64,000 bases of DNA. Source: Octopus vulgaris (taxonomy: Eukaryota). Under the pieces are notes generated by a model, which worked only from the letters and a program-made list of their open reading frames with translations, ran no database searches and was not told the origin of the DNA. Positions 1 through 13,269 of the stretch are shown here, in pieces. The stretch is from positions 30,008,001 through 30,072,000 of the forward strand of contig OX597821.1 in NCBI GenBank assembly GCA_951406725.2, written 5' to 3'. The position numbers and the translations under genes are program-made. Position 1 is the first letter of the stretch. Every line of letters starts with the position of its first letter.

Positions 1-669
1 ATATGTCACATACGTTTACGACTTTACATCCTCACCTGAATGAACCGCAAACATTAACAGAATTCCTACAACATACTGAAATAAATCTCCCCACAGTACA
101 TTTACACTACCTTTATATCAACGTACGACTACGTTTCTTCCTTTAAACACCTTTCCTTCGCAACTACTTTTCTTGTTGGACGAAATGACTTGTAATTACC
201 CTCACATTGCTCCACTTACAAATAAAAAGTCTTCCAAAAGATCTATAACGCCAATACGTATCAAACTATCTAACAGCTGACTGAAAGAGAGTGAGTAGAA
301 ATTTTAAGTCACTGTCAATCTCTTTTCTACAGATGCTGCTAAAGTTGTACTCTAGTAAATAGTTTTCAGAAATCTTTCAGTTTAATGTCAAATTCCTCTA
401 ATATAAAACAAGTTGTATGTATGTATATATGTACGTTTGTATGTATGTATGCATGTATATGTGTATTTATGTATGTGTATGTATATATTTATGCATGTGT
501 CTCTGGCTGTCTCTCTCTCCCCATACATACATATATATATATATAATTATAATAAAAGGGTTATTTGCAATAAGTTGCTTAAACCACATACCGAAAATAT
601 TAGAAATAGCAGTCGAATGAGTTACTATTACTATTACTACAAAAATAATTGAATTAATTATATTTCACC

Positions 670-716
<47 letters not shown>

Positions 717-772
717 CAACTTAATAAATAAAACATATGCATATATGCATACATATATGTAGTACCTACATC

Positions 773-839
<67 letters not shown>

Positions 840-1419
840 TATAAAATCTAGTGGGGCATACAATATATTGTTTCTCAGTAGATGTCTCTTGTATTTTCAT
901 AGTTGGATAGTGTACTTGTTGCGTGCTATACGTTATACAATTTATAAAGTGTTATACTTGGTTATGCTATGCCTATTGTGACATAAATTCATGCAGGTTT
1001 GATTCAATCGTACGGACGCAAGAATTTAAACAGCATCATGTGGAAGCGGCGATGTAATTTCCGAAACATTATTCAAATCCTCTTTGAAATCTCTCACGAA
1101 CCTCTGATGTACAGAAATGTTACCTTATGTTTCCATTAAATTCGGAAGACACTAGATGGATGGTAAAAATCCCCAATTTATACAGTATATCGTTGCAGAG
1201 GTTTTGTAGTAAGGTTTCAAATTATTTCTGTTTCAATCTTGGTATTTTATGTAATTTTGAATTATAAGTTATTCTCTAAAGTTATGTAAGGTTTATAACG
1301 TGTAATTACAGGTAAACCGTCATAACCGTACATACCATAATTGTGAGATATGAATTAATCTTTTCGGATAGCCTGTACATATAATCCAAACGAAATTGCA
1401 TACATCTGCACAAAACTAC

Positions 1420-1850
1420 GACTCGTTAATATCTTCGAATATGCCTGCAGCGACAGCCTTCTCAACCCTGCAGGCTCTGTATCTGACTATCTCTCTTCGA
1501 CGAAATGAAAGCGTTTATTTCATGACACATGACGCCGTCCTTCAAAGAGAAAATTCTGCTGTGAACATGGATTTGGCTAAATTCCTGTCACAGGATGAAG
1601 TTGTTAGCGAAGATGTATCATTGATTCCAAAATTTACTGCTCCAATAAAGAAGCATCTTGGGATATTACCGGACGCTTTTGATGTTTGCTCTTATACTAA
1701 AGATTACAGCTATAGTTACTACTGGATAAATAATACATCTTACTTCAAAATTAGTTACGCGTTGACCTTCTATATGAAGCCGTTGACATGAAAAATGACG
1801 AAGCAACAAATACAAATTTTTAAGGAAACTCGCTAGAAATCTTTTGTGTA
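1420..1850 (+). pseudogene. Highly decayed hAT (Charlie/Buster, ZBED5/SCAND3-like) transposase C-terminal relic
   Basis: ORF 1396-1791 and continuation read ...FSTLQALYLTISLR..., ...IKKHLGILPDAFD...YYWINN... and DLLYEAVDMKNDEATNTNF*GNSLEIF. These resemble the DIFSKLNELNLSLQG / I.EHL..L...F...WIRNPF / QLIDL..D..LK..F....L..FW segments of Buster-type transposases. Similarity judged by eye. Confidence 0.45.
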
Positions 1851-1887
1851 TGACAGATTCAGATGCCCAAATATTTCCTAGAAATGA

Positions 1888-1915
1888 AATAATAATAGCA
1901 ATAACAATATTATTG

Positions 1916-1981
<66 letters not shown>

Positions 1982-2167
1982 CAAACTTTTTAAAAAAAAT
2001 TTATTTATTAGATATTCACTAGTACAACCCCCCCCCCAAATATATGGCACACTAGGCATAACAACAACGTGAACTTCCAACCTGTTGTCTCTTGTGGTCT
2101 CTGGGTGAGACTTGGAGCCAACTTGTACAAACATAAAGCAAAAGTCAAACATAGAATAATAATAATC

Positions 2168-2202
<35 letters not shown>

Positions 2203-2250
2203 TATAATAATAATAATAACAATAATGATAATAATAATAATAATAATAAT
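1888..2250. repeat. (AAT)n microsatellites (1888-1980, 2155-2250) enclosing a ~175-bp insert, probably the 3' UTR of an R4/Dong-like retroelement
   Basis: AAT runs are seen directly. The insert contains GGTCTCTGGGTGAGACTTGG, similar in layout to the UTR motif CCTAGGAGTCGGGAAGACACTCGG of the R4/Dong fragment at ~52872. Confidence 0.55.
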
Positions 2251-2378
2251 CCATTCTAGCAAAAGCACAAGGCCTAAAATTTGTGGGGAGGGGCCGGTCG
2301 ATTATATCGACCCAGTACGTATTTCATCGATCCCGAAGAGATGAAGAGCAAAGTCGACCTCGGCAGAATTTGAACTCA
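2251..2378 (-). mobile_element. Partial SINE with Meta-domain-like core
   Basis: Reverse complement reads TGAGTTCAAATTCTGCCGAGGTCGACTTTGCTCTTCATCTCTTCGGGATCGATGAAAT (B-box-like GAGTTCAAATTC plus core). The same sequence recurs many times in the window. Confidence 0.75.
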
Positions 2379-2384
2379 AATCAC

Positions 2385-4640
2385 TGGAACGTGTTCTTTC
2401 CATAGGAAGTGGAAAAGTGAATTTCCAATCCGATCAAACGTGGAGTGGGTCAAGGTACAATAGCTAAGTCGTAAGTCATTAAGGAATCGTTGAGAGCATT
2501 CGCTACTTTTGCAAGACCTTTCAGGAATAATTTCTTCTCAGCCTATTTATGAGTGTGACTGGCCACCCTGCTTGCAGCCTTATTCCTGTTCTAGTCTACC
2601 TGGACGTCCGCAAAACACGGAGACACTGAGCAATTCCACCGGTCCGTTTGTCCACCCACCTATTACGTTGTTTGATGGCATAGTCTTGCCTCTCCAGCCG
2701 CCGAGCTGCAAGTCGACTGGCTTGTTCGGATTTGTCTCAGCTCCTGCCATCGCATCGTGTTCCTATAAAATGGAATCGACTACTTGAATTTTCGTGTTAT
2801 CTGACACCTATACTCTGATGGCATGCGCCTACACCGACACCGACACAGTTATCCTGCATCATAGTTCGAAAGGGATACCCATCGAGAATTCTAGCTTTCG
2901 TAGCAAAGATGAGAGAGGAAGCCGCTGACCGATGGAGCGCGAGATATGAAACGTTTCCGAGAGGTGGCCGTTTACTTTTATCACTGGGCAAGCACCAATC
3001 TACATTGCTGTAATCCTGTTAGTGAAAACAAGTCCCAAACCGGCTGCTTTCAGGATTGTTGCCAAGCAGCGATGGTTGATTGATTCAAATTGGTCAGAGC
3101 TCCACTGATGCCAGATTCGGTACCCATTTCCTCTATGATGTAACGCTTGAGGTGAATGTTCTCGTAGATGAATCTATTGGGCATAGCACACATCTGAGCT
3201 TCTCCGACCAACCCATCTACAAAAGCGCCAACCTTATGGGCCGGAAATTATCTATAATGTTCACTGGTTTGGCGTCTCTTCTCACTAAAGCTAACACACC
3301 TCGACGTACAGACCAGGGAATGCTCCTGTTTTGCTGCCAGTTGTGATAGACATTTGCCAAGATCTCACCAAACAAATCTAGCATACAACCATAAAACGCA
3401 AAGAGCAGGCCACCCATACCGGGGGATTTGTCCTTTATTCAAACGTTCAGTACTTATCGAATGTAAGATGTTATTGGCCTGTTGCAATACTTAACCTCTT
3501 CTTCCAAGAGTCGCAGGGGCCTATAACGTTCTCTAAAAAATTGGGCGAAGTACTGCTGGAAGTCCGCACACATTTGCGTGGGCTCGCACAGTACGTAACT
3601 ATCGTGATCTATAAAAACTGAATTGCAGTCCTGCTATCACGTTGCGCCTCCAACACCGAAATCCACCGAATGACTTCTTGTTTTAGCGCATCAGCTCTAG
3701 CCTTGACAACGCAGCATTCCTATTTCGAATTGACGAAATTGTCGAGAGCCATTTTTGCCGCCAGCACGTTGGTCGCGATGTCACTTCTAATTGTCTCTTG
3801 TAGTTTACTAACTAGCTTCTCCTCAAATCTATTTCTCTCTATCAGCCCACGCTCTACCATATTCTATTGGCGCACGTATAATTACCTTCTTCAGGATTAC
3901 CCACCACTTGCTATTGACTATCGCTCATATCAAATGTCTCTTAAGTAGCTCTCCAGTTCGGGAAAGACACGTTCAAGTTCCAATAGCCGGATTCCTACGT
4001 ATGAATCATATTTAAGGCAACTGTGAAGATCACAAATTTATGTTCAGTGCAGCCGACCAATTTGAATTGTGGACGCTAACATATCCATTTTAGTTAACCA
4101 AAAGAACTCTCTAAGACCCAACACTGTTGCTCCACGTCCACATTGGCGCATTCGGCAAATCCAGTCGGTTGGAAACGTTTGACCTACCTCCTTTTCGAAG
4201 CCTTGTATCTTCTTCTATAGGTTAAACCTACCCAGTCCCATCATACGCCCAAGATTACTATTCCAATTATCGACTAAAACCAAAGAGCAGGATATTTCTA
4301 GTAAAGATTTTAGACTTCTAAAAATATCTGGCCGTCCAGCCCCGGCTGGTGCATAGACGGCCGCTAGGCTGAAGGACCCGTCTTTACAGTCATGCACATC
4401 TAGTACTACTGAATTATCTGCCAGATCCAGAAAGAACGTCTGAACCTCTAAGCCTAATTCTTTCTGGAAAAGCTCTGCTACTCTACCGCCTGATACCATC
4501 AGACAATGTCCTGTGATCGTCAGACATGGTACTGACTGTGTGTATCCTAGAAATCCTGGTTTTAATAACGGCTACCACATCCAAGTTAAAGAATCTGAGA
4601 ACGTTGAGCAAGTAACCTTGCTTCCAGCCTGACTTTAGAT
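2385..4640 (-). mobile_element. Decayed Tx1/L1-clade LINE ORF2 fragment (APE endonuclease + start of RT)
   Basis: ORF 4215-4499: GRVAELF...VVLDV...FSLAAVYAPAGAGRPDIF...LVLVDNWN (APE motifs). ORF 3217-3417: IPWSVRRGVLALVRR...IDNFRPIRL (RT domain 0-1). Many stops and frameshifts. Confidence 0.8.
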
Positions 4641-5439
4641 CACCTATTATTATTATTACCCTTTACTCTGGAAGATGATATGAGGATGATAAGGATAACA
4701 GTGAGAATGATGATGATATTGATGACGCTAAGGATAAGAACGATGAGGAGGAGGATACGTGAATTTAACAAATTACTTTTCCAAAATAGATCTTCTCGTC
4801 CGTATTTCATATAAACGATTCACATTTATGAATAGATGTTTAGCATAACACGCGGATCATTCTGAACACCGAAATACCATACATTTACAGTTATATGAAC
4901 AACACTAACAATAGCCAACACATTTCATTTTTTTCTGTTGTAATATCTTGCGACTGTTCTATTTAATAGTAATATCTAGATACCGTTTTTCTTCTTATTA
5001 ATATCTGATAGTCTTTTTTTTATTAGCAATATCTTGATACTGTCTTTTTTTTTAATGTAGACATCTGATAAATGTTTAATGTTTTCATACAGACACTTTA
5101 ATATTTAATTTGCCAGTTTGACTTAACAATTTCAATGTTTTATCCATTACATCAAAGGATTCGTTAATAATTTTGAATTTTTGAAGAGGTGTGCCTTTTA
5201 AAAGGTAGAAAAAAATTACTATAGCTCAATAACAACTAACATCGTTGTTTCGCTGATAAATATTTTCTCTCTACAGAGTATTCACCAAATGTTGTTTAGA
5301 TCAGATATAGAAATATTTTATATAGAACGAATAATTTATGAAAAAATGTCATATATTTAAGTGATAGCTTGACAAATTTATAAATACTTAAGATTGTAAC
5401 ACATTTAGCACACTTTAATACACAATACAGACACCTATA

Positions 5440-5956
5440 TCTTATAAAATAGTCGAAAAATCTGGGGTGTAGGAATTGGGCCAGTATTGGAACTTTTAAC
5501 TTCTTGCTCTCTATCTTGTGATCTCCGAAATTTAAGAATCTTGTGTTAACTGGGCTCTTATTATTTACTCCGACTGCCACCTCAATGAAAAGACTCAATA
5601 TCAGAATCCTCTTCACAACCACCACTACAACCATTACTACAACCTCCAATGCCACCACCACAACCATCTTCTGCAACCACAACCCCAAGACCAATACCAG
5701 CATCATATTGAAAATCTCCAATTTCACCACCACTACACTCTGCAATGTCTTCAACACTACCATCCATGAGACATCCTAACATAATCAATGCTACTACTAC
5801 TATCATCATCATTATCATCATCATCATCCACTACCGCCACCACCATCACCACCACCACCTCTACAAAAACACCAACACTATAATTGCTGCCATCATACAC
5901 ATCCACTGTCACCACTACACCACCACTGCCATGATAACCACATCAACCACTTCCAA
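5440..5956 (+). repeat. ~520-bp dispersed repeat with (CAC/CAT)-rich low-complexity part; inverted copy of 17074-17594
   Basis: TCTTATAAAATAGTCGAAAAATCTGGGGTGTAGG...GGGCTCTTATTATTTACTC... aligns with the reverse complement of 17074-17594. The ORF translations 5582-5827 and 17203-17469 are near-identical. Confidence 0.9.
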
Positions 5957-6090
5957 TGCAGATATACAAAGTCAATATTTGAATATAGATATGTGTATGT
6001 TTCTATATTGTAATATTCTAATATATTGTTTTAACCAACTGTAACCTTGAATATAGAACATATGTATGTATATTGCTGTATATTATTATG

Positions 6091-7078
6091 CATTCAAATT
6101 GCTCATGGACATTGGAAAAAAAAAGATAATCCTATATGTAATATAGATCGTAGTTCTTCAAGAGCAAGACTTCTTCGTGAATGCAGTCTTTTTATTTGGG
6201 ATGAGGCTACAATGAGTAATAAGGCCATGTTTGAGGCTCTTGACAGAACTCTCCAAGATTTGCGTCACAATACAAAAATAATGGGTGGAGCTACGTTTCT
6301 CACGGCAGGAGATTTTCGACAAACTCTTCCTGTTGTTCGAGCAGGCACTAGAGCCGATGAGGTTAATGCATGTATAAAGCATTCTTATGTGTGGCACAGT
6401 GTTATCAGTCGCCATCTTCAAACAAACATGAGAGTCCACCTACATGGTGATGTTGAGTCTGAGGCTTTCGCAAAACACCTATTAGATCTTGGTGATGGAC
6501 GTTTGCCTTTCGTTGATGATGAGCAAATTTGGTTGCCTTTTGGGAATTTCGTTCAAAATGTAGAAGAACTTATAAGAGCCGTTTTACCTGACGTCGAAAC
6601 CAGCTTCCAGGATCTCGATTGGCTAAGAGCAAGAGCTATTCTATCGCCTCATAATACAACAGCTGATGCTACAAATAAACAAGTGCTTGGTACGATTCCT
6701 GGTGAGATAGTTTCTTTCATGTCCATCGATACAAATAAAGATGAGAATGATGCAGTCATATATCCACCCGAGCTACTCAACAAGCTAACACCTCCGGGAC
6801 TTCCACCTCATCATTTGTGTTTGAAAGTTGGTGCTCCAATCATGGTGCTCAGAAATATGGAAACGCCTGAAATATGCAAATGGTTATAACGAGGATTCAA
6901 AGCCATGTTATAACTGCTGAAATTTAACCTGTCACAACCGGTTTTCAGTCATGGTCAATTGTACGTAGCCTGTTCTCGAGTTGCAAATCCACATAAACTC
7001 TTCATTCTTGGCAATCATGAGCGCACAAGGAACGTGGTTTATCAGGAGGCTCTGACAAAAGAAAACTGTAAGTCATGA
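6091..7078 (+). pseudogene. Helitron-type PIF1 helicase fragment (5' truncated, internally deleted)
   Basis: Motifs FIWDEATM, GGATFLTAGDFRQTLPVV, LQTNMR, RAILSPHN, GLPPHHLCLKVGAPIMVLRN. After a deletion near 6890 it continues PVFSHGQLYVACSRV...TRNVVYQEAL with a stop at 7078. The Walker A motif is missing. Confidence 0.92.
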
Positions 7079-7980
7079 AATTTTGCTTGATTTTTTATTT
7101 TGCACCTCTTCATTCTTGAAAATAAAGACATTAAAAAGAACATGGTTCATAAAGAACATTGGGTTCAGATGTTTGCAAACATTTGATCCAACTCATTCTC
7201 TTTATTCCTCATTTTCCGATTCCTTCTACGTCTCCATTAAACGGTTTTGTCAAGTTATTGTTTCTTCGCTAACATAAGACATTCATAAAGTGAATGAGTT
7301 GTTAATTACATTTTATACACTATTCCATTATTTAGGTGGTGTCGAAAGAACTGGCATGTGTCACCATATTAACTCTCTCAGTCAAACTCCCAGCTCATGA
7401 GTTCACGTCGTGATACTCTTTCTACAAAACTGAGCTGGGTGTGAATTCTAATTTCATACACTATTACAGATGTGAGTTTACATTCAGCCTTTTTTGGTTT
7501 AAACTATCTTCCTGCAGGTTAAAAAATTTTTTTTTTTTTTAGAGTCCTCTACAATATTCGCCACCGAAATTCCATTTTTCACTTTTATGATTATACCCAG
7601 AGTGCTCTAATCGAATATGAACTGTCCTCCCATTAGCGGACGCTTGTCTTTTTTTATTTTTGAAACAAACATTGCCTCTTTCGTTTTAAAACAATACTAC
7701 CATAATACATTGGTCCAACAAACAAAACATCACCCACTCTCATTATTTTATGTATCTGTCTTCCTCCATCACTCACTCTTTTCTCCCTTCCTTTCACAGC
7801 GACTACCTCCCTTACATTCACTTTCTCTTTATAATGTCGTTTCACAGCGTCCGTTATCCCCCCTCCCTGCCTTCCACACTACATTCATAGAGAGAATTAT
7901 TATCGCCACGACCACCACACAATCATGACAACAAATATTATGAATCAGATATTTATTGGGTTAATTAATATGTATGTGCA

Positions 7981-8041
7981 TCTATATATAAAAAGTGTAT
8001 ATATATAACACTTTTACCCGCACGTAGAGCGGGTCACCTAG
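7981..8041 (+). mobile_element. Helitron 3' terminus (hairpin + CTAG)
   Basis: ACCCGC-acgtaga-GCGGGT hairpin (8016-8034), then CTAG (8038-8041) and T (8042). Lies ~1 kb downstream of the PIF1 fragment in the same orientation. Confidence 0.8.
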
Positions 8042-8497
8042 TATATATAAAACAGAACTCTCTCCTCTCGGCTGGGCTGGGCTGGGCTGAAAAGAAAAAG
8101 AATTACATTTAGAAATAGATCTATAGCTATTGAGGACAGAATTTCTGTTAGAAATAGAGAACTATAAATATTGAATTATGCATAAAGCGCTGACTTACAT
8201 TCGGGGCTTCTAATTTCTCTGTAAAATATAAGATAGTCGCAAAATCATCGCACATGTCACCATCGATTACAAACGCCGGTGTAAAATAAACGTTCCAGAG
8301 GACATTCTTGTTCTTTCGTTCGTACAAGGATCGTATTATGTTTCGGCTTAAAATAAATTATAGATACAAATATAATGTATAGAAATATATAAAAACCAGA
8401 ATAGAACATAAACGTCTTAGGCATATAAAATGAGATAACATGAGATATCAAGGTATTATAAACTTGAAACTTACTAGAATATCATAGATTATATATA

Positions 8498-11032
8498 TCA
8501 AGTCATCCAGTCAGTTCTGTCCAATTTTACCTTTTTTTTAGATTTGAATGAAATTTAATAGTATTTGCAAATGTCTACTTCAATTAAAAATTATTTTATG
8601 CATTTGTGTACGTTTAAACTAATTCAATATTGTTTTACAAAATAATAGACGGTGTCCACAAAGTCTGCGTACATGGGAATTAACACATGCTTTTAAAACA
8701 AAACAATTTTATTTAATTATGTTAATAAATAATATTTTCAAAGTGATTTCCATCATTTTCAATGCATAACTTGATGCGCCTTGCAAAATTCAGTTGAACT
8801 TGATTAAATAAGTCTACATTGCCATCAATTTCAGCACACTGACTGGTAATGCGTTCTCTCGTGTGTTTTAAATCTGTAATCTTTATTGGGTACACTTTCT
8901 TTCAACATACCCCAGAAAAAGAAATCAAGGGGAGAAAGGTCTGGTGAACGAGGGGACCATTCCATATGACCCCTTCTTCCAATCTAGTGAGGAGGAAAAG
9001 TGTCATTAAATCAATCTCTAACAGTTGTGGCAAAATGGGTAGGGTCCCCATCCTGCTGAAACCAATTCGGAAGGCCCTCGCCTGGGCTCTCAATTTAAGA
9101 TATTAATTTGTCTCTCAATATATTTGCATAAGTCTCATCAGTTACATGTTCAATGAAGAAGGGTACTAGAACATGAGCTTTCCAAAAACCACACCACACC
9201 ATCAGCTTTTTGCTGTCTGGATAGATCCATCCAATGTGGATTACCTCGAGACCAGTATATACATAAAACGTAGCTTTGTCACTGAACAACAAAGTCTTTC
9301 GTAAAATTGATATTTTCTTCCAATTTATCTGAAAACCATTCGCACGTCTACATTCGTCTATCAGGATCGTCTTCATTTAAGTGATGCAATATCTGTAGGT
9401 TGTATCGATGAAACTTTTCCTCAACCAGCATTTTGTGGATGGTTGGTTTTGGAACACCTAACACCGTAGATGTCCGACGAAGTGATTTTTGGGGCTAGCT
9501 AGCAGAAACTTTAGCCTCGACAGCCTCTTTAGTTTCATCTGAAGTCTTTGGTCGCCCGGAACGGGGTTTATCCGAAACATTGCCTGTTTCTCTAAATTTC
9601 TTGATCAATTTCCTGACGGCAGTAAAATAAATAGATTGCCTACAAGGGTGTGGAAGATTAAATTCTTCCGCAATTTTGCGATAAGACCATCCCTCTCGTC
9701 CACTTAATATTACTAACTCGATTCTTTCTTCTTTAGACAGATTCATCATTCGATCTGGGATTCTTTTTTCTTTAGACAGAGCCATTATTCGATCATCTGT
9801 AGGAAAAAAAAAATTTAGAAAAGTAAAGTATTTTTTAAATTTAATTTAAACAAAAGTAAAAAAGGAAATTTATTATTTCTTATATTTATTTGTTTATGTT
9901 ATAATTTTATTCCATAAACCCAGACTTCGTGGACACCCTAAAATTGCTTTGATTAAAACCCTTTCAACAAGGAAGTATCCAAGGAGCATTTAAGGCACAT
10001 ATAATTCTTTATGAGTACAATAAAGGTAACTCTGCAGCCGAAGTGACTCGGAACATACACTCAGTTTATGGGAAAGTGCTCGAATGAAAGAACTTGCAGG
10101 AGATCGTCTGCAAAATTGAAGATGAATATCGAACAGGATGTCCAGTTGAGTTTGATAAGCTCCTTGAGGCATTACTTGAAGAAAATCCGTCATTATCAGT
10201 TGAAGAATTGGCAATAAAGCTTACTTCAAACCATACAACAGTTCATCGTCATCAACAACGTGGAAAGATTCCTAAACTTAGAAAATAGGTGCCTTATGTA
10301 TTGACCGAAAGCAACCGTAAATCCCGAGTTGGCATCTGCTCTTCTCTCCATTCTCGCAAACTCATTTCACCCTTTTTCGATAGACTTGCGATGAAAAATG
10401 GATTTTCTATCGAAATGTTAAACGTCGTAAACAGTGGCTTGGTAAAAGGGAAAATTCTCAACCACAACCGAGAAGGGAACTTCATGGGAAAAAGGTTCTC
10501 TCTATCTGGTGCGAGTGCAAAGGCGTAATTCACTTTATATTGTTACCACCTAATGCAACAATCAATGCTCAAGTCTACTGTCAGCAATTAGAGCGTTTGA
10601 ACCAAGCTTTGAAGGAAAAAAGAGCCGCTTTAGTGAGTCGAAAACGAGTGATGTTTCATCTGGACAATGCGCAACTCCACACTGCAAAGATCACATCACA
10701 GAAGATCGAAGGGGTCGGTTTGGAAAAATTTCTTCATCCAACTTATTCTCCCGACCTTACTCCTTCAGGATACCATTTGTTTCATAGTTTACAGAATTAG
10801 TAGGGGAATACAACTTTCGCAAGCCAGGGGAGGTCGAACCTGACATTTCAGAGTTCTTCACTTTGAAACCAAAAGAGTTTTACGTTGATGGGATTAAAAA
10901 CTTGTAAATAGATGGAGGTAAGTCATAGATAATTAGGGAAAGTACATTGATGATTAACTTTCAATTAAATATAACATTTGATCACTTGTATTCTTTATCC
11001 AAAATTCAGACAGAACTTATGGGATGACCTGA
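8498..11032 (+). mobile_element. Decayed mariner (DD34D-type) transposon, interrupted by a nested element
   Basis: TIRs TCAAGTCATCCAGTCAGTTCTGTCCAATTTT (8498, after TA) and AAAATTCAGACAGAACTTATGGGATGACCTGA (ends 11032). Transposase pieces ~9970-10955 include EDEYRTGCPVEFD, VPYVLT, DEKWIFY, FHLDNAQLH and HPTYSPDLTPSGYHLF. Confidence 0.9.
8648..9940 (-). mobile_element. Tc1/mariner DD41D (rosa/Visitor-type) transposon relic nested in the mariner
   Basis: TIRs GACGGTGTCCACAAAGTCTGCGTACATGG and CCATAAACCCAGACTTCGTGGACACCCT. HTH ORF 9495-9785 (KKFRETGNVSDKPRSGRP), FSDKATF, VWCGF, and FQQDG...PRSPDLSPLDF with 41 residues counted between the second and third catalytic D. Confidence 0.88.
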
Positions 11033-11629
11033 GATATATACACTGGCGAAAATATATTTAAGACAGACGATAAAAGTTCTATTTCTTACAAAATATTTTG
11101 TTACTAACACCATACAAATTATTTTTATCTTTTACACCTTATGCAATATTTTTTTCGCTTTCGAATGATGCAGACAATAACCATTTTTATACAACTTGAA
11201 GAATTCTAATGCTAAATATAATTTTAATGGAGATAACCTGCAGTATATAGTACAACATTTTTGTCTCCGTATATGAGCTAAGTATTAATAAAATGTGGTA
11301 TACGATAAAAATTTCGGATATTTGTCTTAAAACATTCAGACAAGAAAATTCAGATGTAGCACATGAGGTATTATTCCATACGAATATCCACATATTTATA
11401 TTAAGAATTTCATGATAAAAATATAGAAATAAGTTCTTGCTGATTTATAGTAGCTTATCTTTCGACTTATTTTAGAACATGTTTGAGTCCATAAAATAGG
11501 ATTTTACTACACCTCCATTTGGAGCACAGTTTAATCTATCTTTTCGTGGAAGAAGGTTCATGTTCCAATAACCTGTGTTAATTCTGTAACCCTTTAAATT
11601 AAAAGATGAGAAAAATTCATTATCGGCAT

Positions 11630-11985
11630 TTGATGCTTTGGGAACCAGACAAAAATTGCTGCAGCTTGGCTAGGGTGACTTACTCCACCCTCCATATTCA
11701 CCAGATATTACTCCTTCGGATTTCCACTTATTCAGGTCTCTGCAGAATAGTCTTAATGGTGAAAATTTCAATTCCTTAGATGACGTAAAAAGATACCTTG
11801 ATGAATTATTTGCCTTGAAACCACCCCAATTCTGGGAAGAGGGTATTTTTAAGGTAAAGGTAAGACGGAGACGTATTGTGCAACGGAATGGTTCAGATTT
11901 GGTTCATTAAAAATGTAATGGCAAGTATTTAGTGACCATGTACTTTCCTTTAAAAATCGGAACGAACTTTCCGGACAACCCAATA
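11630..11985 (+). mobile_element. 3' fragment of a second mariner family
   Basis: Reads TRQKLLQLG...LLHPPYSPDITPSDFHLFRSLQNSLNG...FWEEGI and ends in the TIR AACTTTCCGGACAACCCAA followed by TA. Confidence 0.85.
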
Positions 11986-12342
11986 TAAACATAACAATGA
12001 AATACGAATATAAACATGAAAAATAAAAACCTAAATTGAAAGAGGCGATTAAAAAGCTTTTTATATTCTAAAAAAATTATATTTTAAAGTTTAAGAAAAT
12101 TATAAGACGCTAAATATTTATGCTTACAATATACTAAAATGTCTGAAATTTTTTATATAGGGGTGAATAAATGAATTCTTGTGTCCCCTATATCTAATTT
12201 TAAATCAGTAGTACTCCCTATATAAATTTTCCTAAGTCCGGAGCGTCAAACTAATAAACCTGTTTGCTGTTTACACATCCGTCTTCGTCTTTTGTTCGTT
12301 TCTTTTGTAAATTCCAAATATATATGTATGTATGTGTGTGTA

Positions 12343-12397
<55 letters not shown>

Positions 12398-13005
12398 TTA
12401 GAGATAAAACCACTATCAGGCAAATCAAACAGTGAAAAACATAGGCCAATACATAAAATTAATTTAAAATATAAAAGTTAAAAATAAAAATTATTTAGAT
12501 AATTTAAACAAATATTTATATATATGTATGTATGTATATTTTTATATTTACATATTATTTAATTAATTAATTAATTAATTAATTAATTAATTGATTTATT
12601 TATTTTATTTTATTTATTTTTTAAAATATATATATCAAAAGTATTAAAAGTTTAATAAAAGATAAAGAGTAAAACACTACGATGAAAGAGGCGATTTAAA
12701 TTGGCTGTACCAATTCGAATAACAATAATTTAAATTCAATTAATAATTCGAGTTATGGTTAAAGTCAATCTTCAGGTTAATTGAAATATTTTTAAAAATA
12801 ATCAGAAATATTTAAACAATATTTTTAAGATATAAATAATATAATAATTTTACTTATAATAAACTCTATTATCAAACTAGAAACTTAAAAACTTAACAAT
12901 TATGATTATATCAAGTCTTTGCTCGCTCCAAACGCTATTGCTCTCTACTACAAATCGCTTATCTGCACCCAACTTTATTACTAATATAAACATCGTCGTC
13001 GTGGT

Positions 13006-13250
13006 CATTATCATCATCATCGATTAACGTCCGTTTTCCATGATGGCATGGGTTGGACAGTTTGACTGAAATCTTGGAGAGCCAGCTGCTGCAACAGGCT
13101 CCAATCTAGTCTAGCATAATTTCTACATCTAAATGCCCTTCCTAACGCCAACTATTCTGAGAGTGTAGTGGGTGTTCTTTATGTCCCATCGGCACAGGTG
13201 CCAGCTAGCTGGTCACCGGCCCCCAGCTACGGTATTGGTTTTACTTGACT
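13006..13250 (-). mobile_element. SINE / RTE-type 3' tail with (CAT)n end
   Basis: CATCATCATCGATTAACGTCCGTTTTCCATGATGGCATGGGTTGGAC...TGCCCTTCCTAACGCCAAC, adjoining the RTE fragment. Confidence 0.55.
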
Positions 13251-13269
13251 CAAGCATACTGCAAGCTTA

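Noticed and set aside
6047-6889. Host PIF1 helicase gene
   Set aside because: Intronless, lacks Walker A, has a frameshift and an internal deletion, and is followed by a Helitron hairpin-CTAG end.
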